Assembly (NCBI GenBank): GCA_977018835.1
Contig: OZ361257.1
Span: forward strand, 1-64,000
Direction of reading: 5' to 3'
DNA length: 64,000 nucleotides
From: Minutocellus sp. GHC0000111
Lineage: Eukaryota
Each line of letters starts with the position of its first letter. Positions within the stretch are counted from its first letter, which is position 1. Shown here piece after piece: positions 25,073 through 35,762 of the stretch. A program made the translations under genes and the position numbers. The notes beneath the pieces are model-generated. The model worked only from the letters and a program-made list of their open reading frames with translations. It was not told the origin of the DNA and ran no database searches.

Positions 25073-28000
25073 CTACGAGATCACGCGACGGAAGGTAATC
25101 GTCTTCTTTTTGTTCTTCCTTCTGCCTCCTGTCTTTTTCTTGAGGAGGGAAATTATATCTGCATAATTTTCCGAGCTGACGTCAACCCCATCAATCGCGA
25201 CGACAACGTCGCCAATGCCGATAACACCCAGCTCGAAGGCTTGGTTTTTGCCGGGCGTTTTGGAAAAATCAGCAACACAGCAGCCGCATTCCTTTCTAGT
25301 TCCCTTGGAGGCGCCTGATGCTGTGACGGGATCGAGTATCATGCCCAGAGGCTTGGAAAAGTTCAACTCAACAGAATAAGTTTCCTCGGCATCGTCGTCG
25401 GAGTCTTCGAGCGCTACCAAAGGGCGGCGGAACTTGATCCGTCTGCTTATTGGGACCTCGTCCGGGGCCGCTGTTGATTTCTTTAGCAAGGCGATAGTTT
25501 TGGAATACGCGGATCCTTCTACGTTTTGTCCGTCGACTTCAACGATGATATCACCGGGTTGGATTTTCCTCGAATCTCGAGCTTGGCTCGTCTTGTTCGC
25601 AGAAAAATTAAGTACATGACAACCCATTGTGTCTGTGATTGGCTCAAGAATCATACCTAGCGGCTTTGCGGAGTTGAATTCCACGGTGTATGTTATCTCT
25701 TCATCTTGATCAGACTCTCCGTCATCATCGGCAGAGGGGCGGCGAAATTTGATGCTTCGGCCAATGGGCTCCCCGCCAGAGCTCTTCCTTGGCTTCTTTA
25801 TCAAGGCAATGCTTTGTGAGTACTCGCAGCCGTCTACGTTCTGCCCATCAATCTCGACGATGATATCGCAGGGATGTATTTGCCCTGAATCACGAGCTTG
25901 GTTTCTGTCGCTTGCAGAAAATCCGAGCACATGGCATCCCATCTGTAACACTGCTTTCCCCTCCTGCACAAGGGTGATGGGTTCAAGCTTCATTCCCAGC
26001 GGGCCGGGAGCAAAGTGGACTTCAAAGGTTGATACTGACAAATCTGACTGTTTGATCTTTTGGGCCGATTTTGTTTTGGATCTCGCTACTGCGGCGGCGA
26101 CGAATAAGGACGCGTGCGCAAATCCCGCCATCGAGCCGCCTATCTTTTCCACTTTTTGCTGCTGCCTCTTTACCATTGCATCTGCCTCGTTCTCGTTCGG
26201 AGCCTTTGTTGTTGTTAATGAAGTTATACGATAGATCAATGGCATTGGTTAGTTGGTGCGCATCAGATGGAATGGCAATTTCTCTCTCATGAAGAAGAAA
26301 GAAGATATGATATTGACTCACCTCGGCGAGGTCCTGCTTGGGTTCCTCTCTTAGTTGGACCTCGATCTCAACGACCTCGGAATCGCCACATTTGTCGGCA
26401 GCGACGCGTTCTATTTCAAGCATGTCGGCCTCAGCCTTCTCGGCGGCGATGCGCTCCATTTCAACCCTCTCGGCCTCGGCCGTTTCGGCGGCGATGCGCT
26501 CCATTTCAACCCTCTCGGCCTCAGCCTTTTCGGCGGCGATGCGCTCCATTTCAACCCTCTCGGCCTCGGCCGTTTCGGCGGCGATGCGCTCCATTTCAAC
26601 CCTCTCGGCCTCAGCCTTTTCGGCGGCGATGCGCTCCATTTCACGTTTTTCAGCTGCTGCCCTTTCGGCATCGAGAAGTTCTATTTCCATACGAATTCTC
26701 TCGGCCTCAGCCTTCTCGGCGGTTCTACTTGCAGCAACTGATACCGATTCTTCTGCTAGGGTGTGAAGGACATCTTTTTTTCGTTGTAGCTCAGTGGTTC
26801 TATTTGAGGCTACAGATGCCGAATCCTTAGCAATGTCATGCAACATCTTCTTTTTCCTTTGTATTTCAGCGGTTCTTCTAGAAGCTACAGACGCAGAATC
26901 CTCAGCAAGGGTCTGTAGAATACTTTTCTTACGGTCGACTTCAAGCTTTGCCTTAGCTGCCACTTCCGCGGCAACAACTGCCTCCTTTGCCAAGATGTGA
27001 AGCGTCTGTCTCTTCTGTTCAAGCTCTTCCTCCTCCAATAGCTCACGTCGTTCTGCTTGTTCCTCAAGGGCCTGAAAATAAAAGTAAAGAAAGGATTTAT
27101 TCGGCGGTATAGCATTGCCAGCATTTTAGGTGAGAAGTAAGTAGGATATCATTCCACATAAGTATAATGAAGCAGCAGCAATATTTTGCGTACCTTGGCT
27201 GCCTCCTCGAACTCGGCTTCTCTCAGCCGGCGCTCTTCATCTGCTTTCTTGGCGTCCTCCTCCATTTGCTTTAGCTCGTTGAAAATCTGTGAGAGAATCT
27301 CCTTCTCATTATCGATAGCAATGTCCATATCGGTCTTGTCTCGGACCTCGCCTTCTTCGTCAGCTGTTTCTTCATCATCTGCATCTTGGGACAACAAATG
27401 CAAAATACTGTCCTCGTCGATTGAATCAGAGGCCTCGGTCTGTTCAGACTTCCAATCTCGCAGCGTGAGCGAATCCTCCTCGACATCTTCAAGTTGCTCC
27501 TGACCAACTTCTGTTGAAGCCACCGGAACATACATGTAGTCGGCTTCACTCTCATTGCTCTTGTATGTAGACTCGTCGGCCTCCTCTTTCGTAAACGACT
27601 TGGTGAAGGCTGAATATAGTTGCTGAAAATCATCAAACCGGGGAATACCACCGGACGCAGAGTCAGAATCACTTTCAAAGGTAATTTCTTTGACGGGTGG
27701 TCCGTTAAGGATGGGATCAGGCTGAGCCGTGCCGCTGCCAATCTTGTTGTCAATGACCAGACTCTGACTGGGATGATCTTCTTTCTTCGACGGAGGGAGT
27801 AGATGGCCGACTGACTTTTGAACAAGATGTTTGGCAATGAGCGACTGGTTCCGGCAGAGACGTGAAACCTCCTCGGCGCCTTCCTCGTAGATTGCTCGAA
27901 CATCGTTTATGGCGCTCTGGAGGAGGACCGGCTCGCGCTGGTAGGTGGATTCCATAACACTAACTTCGTCCTTCCCAAGCGGCAGGACCTCGAATGCATC

Positions 28001-28198
28001 CGTTGGGATATCTTCTTCGTTGTTTGCGGCGTTATCGCTTGAAGTCATGCGATCGAGATACTCGGAATGTTCGTAGATCAGCCGGTCCATTTCGGACCTT
28101 ACCCTTGACACTCCGTGGGTTGCCTCTTCGATCGATTTGCCAACATTGTCGACGGCATAGCATTCTTCGTTGGTGCCGCGTTGGTGGACGTGGTACAT
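25073..28198 (-). CDS. Multi-exon coiled-coil protein with three C-terminal PDZ domains; introns 27193-27072 and 26321-26204; 5' end uncertain
   Basis: Both introns are GT..AG, phase 0, and join the ORFs in frame. Three PLGM(K/I)L..G/C-DI/V-(I/V)V-EIDG-type PDZ units. Confidence 0.75.
26426..26643 (-). repeat. 45-nt coding tandem repeat (about 5 units, two alternating variants) encoding AE(K/T)AEAERVEMERIA
   Basis: Read directly from the sequence. Confidence 0.92.
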
Positions 28199-28893
28199 GT
28201 ACTCACGACAGTGGCTTCATCAGGTGCCTTCTTGCCTCCCCGGGCTAACTTCTTTTTTGCCAGTGATATCTTTCCAGCAGTCTTTTTCTTGGACGCGGTT
28301 GTCCTCTTGGTGCTTGATTTGCTGGATGGGGCGGGACTTGGGGATACCTCTGGCAGGGCTGCGACGGGAGGACTTTTCGCCGCATCCGTTGTCGACTTGT
28401 GAATGTCGGCCGCACTTTTCGTCGTGTCGATACCAAAGATGAGTAGGTCTAGTTTCTGACCAAGGCTCATGTCTTCCCGTTGACTGATGGCAGCGACGCT
28501 GCGGTCGGGAGATTGAGCCTCGCTGGGCGCCAAAGTAGCCACTGTTTTCGTCTCGTCGACATCTCGAGTTTCCTCTTCGGTAGGCGATCTTGCTGTACTG
28601 TCGTCGGCCTTCGTTTCTTCAGTGACAGCACCTTTCTTCTTGGAGGAGCGCGACTTCTTGAGCGATCTGGATTTCTTGAGGGATAGCTTTTTGCCGAACC
28701 GGCTCGTGGTGCGTGGCGTCTTGGTAGAAGCAGCATCGGTAAGTTCCACGTCCGTTAGCTGCGTTGTGGCGGATCCACCCATCTTTTGCTGCAGCCGATT
28801 GATCTCATTGGCCAGCCGTTTGATCTCGGCCGCATCTTCCGCGGTGAAGCTCGTGTCCTGCTGGGACCGCGACGACACCGCCGTCGCCACCAT
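28099..28893 (-). CDS. Low-complexity K/S/T-rich ORF; possibly exon 1 of the PDZ gene
   Basis: Its stop overlaps a GTAAGG donor at 28102, and a phase-compatible AAG acceptor lies about 65 nt downstream. The link is unproven. Confidence 0.5.
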   Translation of the reverse strand: MVATAVSSRSQQDTSFTAEDAAEIKRLANEINRLQQKMGGSATTQLTDVELTDAASTKTPRTTSRFGKKLSLKKSRSLKKSRSSKKKGAVTEETKADDSTARSPTEEETRDVDETKTVATLAPSEAQSPDRSVAAISQREDMSLGQKLDLLIFGIDTTKSAADIHKSTTDAAKSPPVAALPEVSPSPAPSSKSSTKRTTASKKKTAGKISLAKKKLARGGKKAPDEATVVSTCTTSTNAAPTKNAMPSTMLANRSKRQPTECQG

Positions 28894-29391
28894 ATTGTTT
28901 GAATTCAATCAATTAATTCGGTGGAAAGTAAATTAATTGTAGGCGCAACCTCCGATTCGTTTGTGCGATTATGTGTATTTGTAGCCTTGAGAAAGTTACT
29001 GTGCTATGCTACTGCAAAGCAACCACGAACAGGAATGAGAGAATGTCGGACATTTGGAATAAGCTTGTTCTTCAACGCTCGTAAATACCAGCGATCCTCG
29101 GGTGAGAAGGCGAGGCATCGGGTCAACGTTTTCACTGTGGCCAAAGATGAATGAGATGTGCTCCTTTGGCAGAAGGGTACTTTGGTCTGTCCTACATTAT
29201 CTCTCATGCTCTTTTTCTTTTTTCCCTTTTCTGTCTGCAGATCCCTTTCTTTTCTTCGAAAACTAACGAACACGCATGTGGCGGACCCCACTGACTGACT
29301 GACTGGTTTTCCGGAAGGGAACACATCACGTGTCGTGAGGTAGCCGCGTCGTATCTTATTAATCAACGCAACCCCCCAATACAACGCAACA

Positions 29392-29826
29392 ATGTCCTTC
29401 AAGCGAACCCTCGCCGTCCTCTTGGTCGCCCTGGTGGCTTCGGCCTCGGCCTTTGTCCCGTCCCAAAATAGCCACAACCACCAGCAGCCGACTCCCGTAT
29501 CGCAGCTCCGAACAGCCGACCTCACCGGAACCACCGGTGCCGTCCGGTTGGGTGCCACGGCCCTCCACGAGCGCCAATGGAACTTCAACCGCGGCCGGGG
29601 TCCGTTCGGGATGAAGAAGAATGCCGAAATTTGGAACGGCCGGGCCGCGCAGATGGGCTTCACCATTGTTCTCTTGCAGGAGCTCATCACTGGCAAGGGC
29701 GTCGTGCAGGGAATTCAGGAGGGCGATCCGTTCAACATGGTCTGCCTGGGACTTGGCGTGGCCGGCATCTTTGGCCTCACCGCCTTTTTGGCCTTCAAGG
29801 GAAAGGAGAGCGACATTACGTACTGA
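29392..29826 (+). CDS. Light-harvesting-like (OHP/SEP/HLIP family) plastid protein
   Basis: ASA|FVP presequence and the chlorophyll-binding helix AEIWNGRAAQMGF. Confidence 0.9.
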   Translation: MSFKRTLAVLLVALVASASAFVPSQNSHNHQQPTPVSQLRTADLTGTTGAVRLGATALHERQWNFNRGRGPFGMKKNAEIWNGRAAQMGFTIVLLQELITGKGVVQGIQEGDPFNMVCLGLGVAGIFGLTAFLAFKGKESDITY

Positions 29827-30168
29827 GCAGCGCTATTGGATGGGGGGGGTTGGCATGAACTTGACTTGAGCCATCTGGCGGAGGTTTCTTGGAGTGCGCG
29901 CTTCGTGAGGCGCAAGCATTGCCGCAAAACGGCTGCTATGATTGGCAAAGAAGCTTGCGGATGAAAAGATGCTACAGTACAAACTATTGAAAAATATGTA
30001 TATCTTATCTAAAATCATATAACTATTCAGTAAAATGTAGGTGTGTCGTCTCTTTTTGTTTCTTTTGGTCATCAAGTACTGATGACTGATGAATCTGCAT
30101 TGGTGAAAGTCTTGGATACCGGTATATATTTGAGTTGAGTTGAATTGAGTTTTGTAGTACCTGCACGT

Positions 30169-31887
30169 TCAAGTTGTAAACGAGAGGTTGGTCAGCCACC
30201 GGCCGACGTCACAGGCATACTTGGCCCTCTTGACAATGGCGGCGGCGGCGCCCCCCACGGCGTTCCCTCCTCTGCGTCCTCTGGCGGCAGCCGCGCTGCT
30301 GCTGCTGCTGCTGCCCCGGGGGGTAACCGATACGGTGGCGCTCAGCCGAATCTGCTTCCTCCGACCATCGATCTCCACCTTGCCGATGGAGGCCCTGTCG
30401 CCCAGATCGAGCTCGACCTTGTGGACCAGATGGAGCGGCACGATGGTCTGCAGCGGGCCGGGGTTGAGCACCACCTGCAAGCCGGGAAAGTGCAGGACGT
30501 GCCCGCCCCTCGACACCTGCAGGCCGGTCCGGACGGCGAAGGGGATGGTCGAACCGAGGATGGTGGTGACCACGCCCCGGATCTGCAGCTGCGCGCTGTC
30601 GGTGACCTCGATGGTGTTGACGGAGAGCCGGGCACCGCGGTCGATTCGGACGACGTCGAGGCTGTTGTCGCTGGCCACGACGGTGCGCAGGATGCGGTTG
30701 CCGAGGTTGGACAGACCCAGCCGAATGCACCGGCTGGTGCGGGGGTCTTCTTGGGTCAGGACGCAGTCGGTGGCGTGCAGAGTGAACGGATTGGACCACC
30801 GACGGACGAATCGGCCGAGGGCCGGTACGAACGAAGCCGTGTTGAGGTTGAGTCCGGTGGCGGTGATGGTACCGCCACCGGACAGCTTGAGGCTGGGGAA
30901 GGACAGCCGATCAAAGGTGGCTTGGACAGAGCCCAGTTCGCCTCGAAGTAGGACTGCCGAGCGAGAGGTGGCGTCGGATTTGATTTTCAGGTTCATCGTG
31001 TGGAGAGCATGCCGATGGATGAAGCCATGCAGCGCCTCCTCCACCAGCCTCGAGGCGGCCTTCTGCTGCTCCTCCTCCTGCTGCACATCATCCTCGTTAT
31101 CATGCAATACGGCATTATTTATACCAGCCTTTTTTTCATCCAATCCCTGCGCACGCTCCAAGTGCTCGGAAATCTCGTACGCGCCCACAAACAACGAGTC
31201 ATCGAGGGGACACTCCTCGGCATCGATCGCGCTGCCCGGAGTCCAGCTGGGACATTGCTCGTGCAGGCTTGCCGGTGAGACGTAGTAGTATCGTGCCGTC
31301 GGACTTGCCTTGGGGGATGTTTGGGTAGAGGCATTACTGGTGGTAGTAGTAGCTGCGGACGATCTGCGACCATCGGCGGCGGCAGTTCGGGAAGTGGAAG
31401 TGGTCGGGATTGCCTTGGAGGCTGTTTGGGTGGAGGCGGCACTAGCGGTAGCTGCGGACGATCGGGCAGTGGAAGTGGAAGTGGAAGATACGCTTTCGGA
31501 ATTTGAATTGCGTGGAGGAAGAATTCTCCTCAGAAACGAGTTGCCGCTGCCGCCGTCTCTCTTGGATTCGTCGGGGGGCAGGGCGTCGGTACCCCGCGCC
31601 CAAAAGGCGGAGAGGGAGGTGGTGGAACTGCACGGATTGGGTCGGATGGCCGTGGTCGGATTGGACTGGCGGATGCACTTGCTTTCTCCTGCTAACGGCA
31701 TGCGATTGTTTTCACAGGGTCGCCGTTGGAAAGTTCTCGACCCATCACCGCCGGCGAAAGATACCGGATGAACGGAGGCTCGGCGGCGGATACTGGTGGG
31801 ACAGCTGGTTCTGGTGGGGAAACTAAAGGCTGTGCAGCAGTGGTGGTGGACTTGGAGGCCACCGGCGGCCGTCGTCAGGGCCGCCAC
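30169..31887 (-). CDS. Hypothetical protein with a beta-rich C-terminal domain (DUF2993/LmeA-like, tentative); start unresolved
   Basis: 572-aa open frame with CTA|FSF near the 5' end but no in-frame ATG before it. Confidence 0.55.
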   Translation of the reverse strand: MAALTTAAGGLQVHHHCCTAFSFPTRTSCPTSIRRRASVHPVSFAGGDGSRTFQRRPCENNRMPLAGESKCIRQSNPTTAIRPNPCSSTTSLSAFWARGTDALPPDESKRDGGSGNSFLRRILPPRNSNSESVSSTSTSTARSSAATASAASTQTASKAIPTTSTSRTAAADGRRSSAATTTTSNASTQTSPKASPTARYYYVSPASLHEQCPSWTPGSAIDAEECPLDDSLFVGAYEISEHLERAQGLDEKKAGINNAVLHDNEDDVQQEEEQQKAASRLVEEALHGFIHRHALHTMNLKIKSDATSRSAVLLRGELGSVQATFDRLSFPSLKLSGGGTITATGLNLNTASFVPALGRFVRRWSNPFTLHATDCVLTQEDPRTSRCIRLGLSNLGNRILRTVVASDNSLDVVRIDRGARLSVNTIEVTDSAQLQIRGVVTTILGSTIPFAVRTGLQVSRGGHVLHFPGLQVVLNPGPLQTIVPLHLVHKVELDLGDRASIGKVEIDGRRKQIRLSATVSVTPRGSSSSSSAAAARGRRGGNAVGGAAAAIVKRAKYACDVGRWLTNLSFTT

Positions 31888-32148
31888 TACTACTTTTGTG
31901 GGAAAGAAATTTCAGCTGCGCCATCACAAAATAAAAGAGGATGCCAAGCAAATGCACGCGTTGATCGATCCAAAAACAAAAGCGCATTATATCTCGAACA
32001 AAATCTGCCTGAAACGGCCCTCGTTCGCTAGTTGATTCGATTCCGACAAAGCTACGAGCGCAGAGCAGCATCTCCACTCCAGCATACCTATTCGTTCGCT
32101 TCAATAGAGAAAGAAGTACTCTTCCAAACGAAGGCAAACTCAGAGTAA

Positions 32149-35100
32149 ATGACACCGACCAAACCCAACAGCACGAACAAGGGCGCCGACGCGGCCGGTG
32201 GACCATCTCCCATGACTGCCGCCGCCACGCTCTTTGGAACTTCCTCTACATGTAGCGACACACCATCATCGTTGAATCCCACCAAGGAAAGCATATCCAC
32301 GAACAAGAGCAATAGTCAAACCCAGGAATACACCGCCCGGTCCATCGATAGGGCCAAGATTGTGATTGATCATGCCAATAACTCCATGACGTCCATCGAA
32401 CTCTTCAAGGAGGGTGATAGTGACGACGCCTCCTCCTCCTCCTCAGACTCAGACAATGAAGAAAGTAGCAAGGATGGATTCTCCGATACCGACGGTGCTT
32501 CCACCTCATCCGATGAAGACGACGAGAACTTCAACATGACCAAGGACGACGATAGCGATATCAGCAGTACTATCAGCGACAATAATGGATACCTGCAAAT
32601 CAACGTCGACGGCGGAACACTCCACGTCCTCGATGGAACCATTACCTCTCCCACTACTACCAACAATACCAATGCGAAACCAACGCCTGCGCGTCCACGT
32701 TCAGGTGCTATTGTGGAGCTCAACACCCCCTCTCCATCCAAAACGTCAAAATCGGCAGGTCATACTCCAGATGCATCCCTCACCCCCATGACTGTCTCGT
32801 CGACTCCATCTACATCGCCTCCTCCCCCACCTCCTCCGTCTAGCAACACTGTCGTCCAGGATGGAGATAAAGGGCCAACCTTGGAGGATTCGTCACATCA
32901 ACAGCAGGATCGAAGTCCAGCTCCGGGACCATTCCAGTATCCGCCAGGCATTCCTCGACACAAACGAGATCGCGTCCTACGTCCCAGTCCACTACCAAGT
33001 CCCGCCAAGTCGGCTCGCCGTGCTCTCTGGAATAGGAGTAGCACTGGCAGTCCCAGCAACGATGGCGCTGGGTCATCCGATGCTTCTTCCAGTGCAAGCA
33101 GTAAGAAGGCATCCAGCGCTGCAGCTACGATCTTGGCTGCCAACATGACCCCGGGCACACCCAAGCATCGGAAACGCCAGGTCCACGCCAGCAGTAGTGC
33201 TGTAAATGCAAATACTCCCCACCGATCGGATTCCTCCGGGGAGAATGGCTCCTCGATGCTCATGACCGAGGAGGGCCGACGCAAGCGGGAGGAGATCCAG
33301 CTGGCCCGGCTGGTCGATATGGCCAAGCGTCAGCAGCGCTTTGCGGCCGCTTGGTTTGCGACTAGCCAGGGCCAGGATGCGCCCGATGTGGTGCCTCCTC
33401 CTCCCCCTTCGAGACATCGGGCATCAAGAGTTGGCTCGCTTGCTCCTCCAGAGGGGGGTCTGGTTAGATCGACTAGCAAAAGCGAATTAAATTTTGCCAC
33501 CGGCCCCATTGATGCTGACTCTGGTGAGGCTTGGGAGGGTCCAGGCGGCGCTCCAAGGGAATCGAGTGGAAAGAAGAGCAGTCCATCGTTTCATCTTCAC
33601 TCTGCCAGCCACCAGTCGCTCGAACTGGAGCCTATTCAATCAGGTAACAAAGACAATGGCGGCGATGCAGCCAGTTATGTCTCTACATCATCGTCTAAGA
33701 CGCCTAAGACATCAAACGCATCTCCCGATAAGCGTGGGCGTCGTCGCAGTACCAGTGTTGGGGGTGATATTGAGCGAGGCATGACTGCTTCTCCCAGCCC
33801 AGAGGGCAGGTCCGATCTTTTCGTTGATTTGTCCAATGACGAATCAGAATCTAGCAAGAGAGGTAACGGCGACAGCTTCTGGACTCGAGAAATCAGAATT
33901 GGACCTCGTCGTCTTGCTGCGATGAATTGTTTTGTGATGGCAGTCCTTGCCGTTGTTGTTGCCGGGGCAGCGATTGTTGGTTTCGTAAGCACCCCTGGTA
34001 ATAATGGGAGCGGTCCAGATAGCGTTGTCACCGACGTTCCAAGCAATTCCATCCCCGGCAGTGACATTGATAATGGTGCAGGGCCAAGAGATGACATTGT
34101 TCCTATTTTACCCGGGGACAAGTCAACTATTCCCGGTGACGACTGGAGAGACGATGTAGATATCTTTCTTAGAACTTCTGAACCAACAGGGGCCATGACG
34201 ACGAAGCCTACCGGTGTTCTCTCAATTATTGCTACCACTTCGAATCCAACCTCGACTCCAACCTATCGTCCATCGCCTGCGCCATCTTTGAGCCATCTAC
34301 CTTCGCAAGCGCCGTCCGTTGTCCCCACTTCTTTGTATCAGGCAACATCGTTCACTCAGATCGACAAGACTTTATCTGGGAAGGAGCCCGGGTTTCAGTT
34401 TGGTTACTCGGTAGCCTTGAGCTCGGATGGCAGCGTGATGGCGGTTGGTTCTCGATATGCCGATGACAACGTTCCTCGATCTGGAGAAGTTCGAGTATTT
34501 GTTCTTTCTCCCAAGAATAAATGGGAACAACTCGGAAAGACCATCAAGGGACGCAATGAGGCTGATCAGTTTGGATTCTCGGTAGCGCTGTCCTCAGATG
34601 GCTTGACACTGGCAGCTTCGGAGCCTGGCTTCGACGGCGAGGCCGGAGACCGCTCTGGGAATGTCCGAATCTTTCAATACGATTCTGGTGAACCAAAGGT
34701 TTATGGAACAAATGGTTCGTGGATGAAGACTGGTGATCTCAGTGGCGAGGATTCGACTGCCCTTTTTGGTGTTTCTATATCGCTAAGTGGAGATGGTTCA
34801 AGGCTGGCAGTCGGGGCACCGTATCATGATTCAGATAAGCTCGATGAGATGGGTGAGTCTCTTCGAAAGGCAGGTCGAGTGAGAGTATTTGAGTACACGA
34901 ACGAATGGAAACCGTTGGGGCAGCCAATTGATGGTAAGAGCCCGAGCAGCTGGTGGGGGTGGAGCGTCGACCTATCGGTGGATGGAGATTTCTTCGCTGC
35001 CGGGGCCATTCACCATGTGTCAGGTGGCTACGTCCAGGTGTACAGGCTAGAAAATGACGCCGGATCTATTGGCGATGCCGACTGGGCTCAGCTTGGAAAT

Positions 35101-35616
35101 GATATTTATAGCCAAGATGCGTTGGCCGATGACAATGAGGGCCGCCTTGACGATCGATTTGGTCATTCCGTATCCCTCAGCGGCGATGCCGATAGGATCA
35201 TCGTCGGCAGCCCGAATAGCGACGTGAATGGTAAGCCCAATTCAGGCATGGCCATTGTCTACGAGCAGACAATAATCGACGGTAAAGATACAGTTTGGAC
35301 TGCCATCGGCAAGCCGATTGTGGGCAAATCCAACAATGCTGAGGCCGGTTGGAGTGTAGCCATTTCTGGTAATTCTTCTCAAATCATCGTTGGTGCTCCC
35401 GGTGACTCAACCGTAAAAGATGGGGCAGGCTCGGCCACGTCCCTTCGCTGGAATGATGATATGTTGGATTGGGAACCTGCCCGGCCTCTATATGGAGAAG
35501 AAAAGGATGGAGGGTATGGATTCAGCGTTGCCATCAGTGCCGACGGCAACATTATTGGAATTGGCGCACCTTCTGGAGACGACGACCAAGGATTTGTCGG
35601 TGCTTATGCCTATTGA
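32149..35616 (+). CDS. Single-pass membrane protein with a C-terminal FG-GAP (integrin-alpha-like) beta-propeller
   Basis: Disordered N-terminus, TM helix, P(T/S)xx linker and seven FGxSV(A/S)(L/I)SxDG..GAP-type repeats. Confidence 0.88.
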   Translation: MTPTKPNSTNKGADAAGGPSPMTAAATLFGTSSTCSDTPSSLNPTKESISTNKSNSQTQEYTARSIDRAKIVIDHANNSMTSIELFKEGDSDDASSSSSDSDNEESSKDGFSDTDGASTSSDEDDENFNMTKDDDSDISSTISDNNGYLQINVDGGTLHVLDGTITSPTTTNNTNAKPTPARPRSGAIVELNTPSPSKTSKSAGHTPDASLTPMTVSSTPSTSPPPPPPPSSNTVVQDGDKGPTLEDSSHQQQDRSPAPGPFQYPPGIPRHKRDRVLRPSPLPSPAKSARRALWNRSSTGSPSNDGAGSSDASSSASSKKASSAAATILAANMTPGTPKHRKRQVHASSSAVNANTPHRSDSSGENGSSMLMTEEGRRKREEIQLARLVDMAKRQQRFAAAWFATSQGQDAPDVVPPPPPSRHRASRVGSLAPPEGGLVRSTSKSELNFATGPIDADSGEAWEGPGGAPRESSGKKSSPSFHLHSASHQSLELEPIQSGNKDNGGDAASYVSTSSSKTPKTSNASPDKRGRRRSTSVGGDIERGMTASPSPEGRSDLFVDLSNDESESSKRGNGDSFWTREIRIGPRRLAAMNCFVMAVLAVVVAGAAIVGFVSTPGNNGSGPDSVVTDVPSNSIPGSDIDNGAGPRDDIVPILPGDKSTIPGDDWRDDVDIFLRTSEPTGAMTTKPTGVLSIIATTSNPTSTPTYRPSPAPSLSHLPSQAPSVVPTSLYQATSFTQIDKTLSGKEPGFQFGYSVALSSDGSVMAVGSRYADDNVPRSGEVRVFVLSPKNKWEQLGKTIKGRNEADQFGFSVALSSDGLTLAASEPGFDGEAGDRSGNVRIFQYDSGEPKVYGTNGSWMKTGDLSGEDSTALFGVSISLSGDGSRLAVGAPYHDSDKLDEMGESLRKAGRVRVFEYTNEWKPLGQPIDGKSPSSWWGWSVDLSVDGDFFAAGAIHHVSGGYVQVYRLENDAGSIGDADWAQLGNDIYSQDALADDNEGRLDDRFGHSVSLSGDADRIIVGSPNSDVNGKPNSGMAIVYEQTIIDGKDTVWTAIGKPIVGKSNNAEAGWSVAISGNSSQIIVGAPGDSTVKDGAGSATSLRWNDDMLDWEPARPLYGEEKDGGYGFSVAISADGNIIGIGAPSGDDDQGFVGAYAY

Positions 35617-35762
35617 ACGAAGGCAATGGCCTTCAACATTATTTAGCCAAATCAATTGATTTGTTCACATATTGTTTCTAATGAGAGTTATTATCTAATG
35701 AGAGTCAACAGCTTCCCGTGGCTGCTCTTGGTGAATCAAGTTGTCTTTTCATCACCTTGCAT

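Noticed and set aside
26426..26643. Regularly spaced repeats as a CRISPR-like array
   Set aside because: Contiguous in-frame coding repeats with no unique spacers, in a eukaryotic gene.
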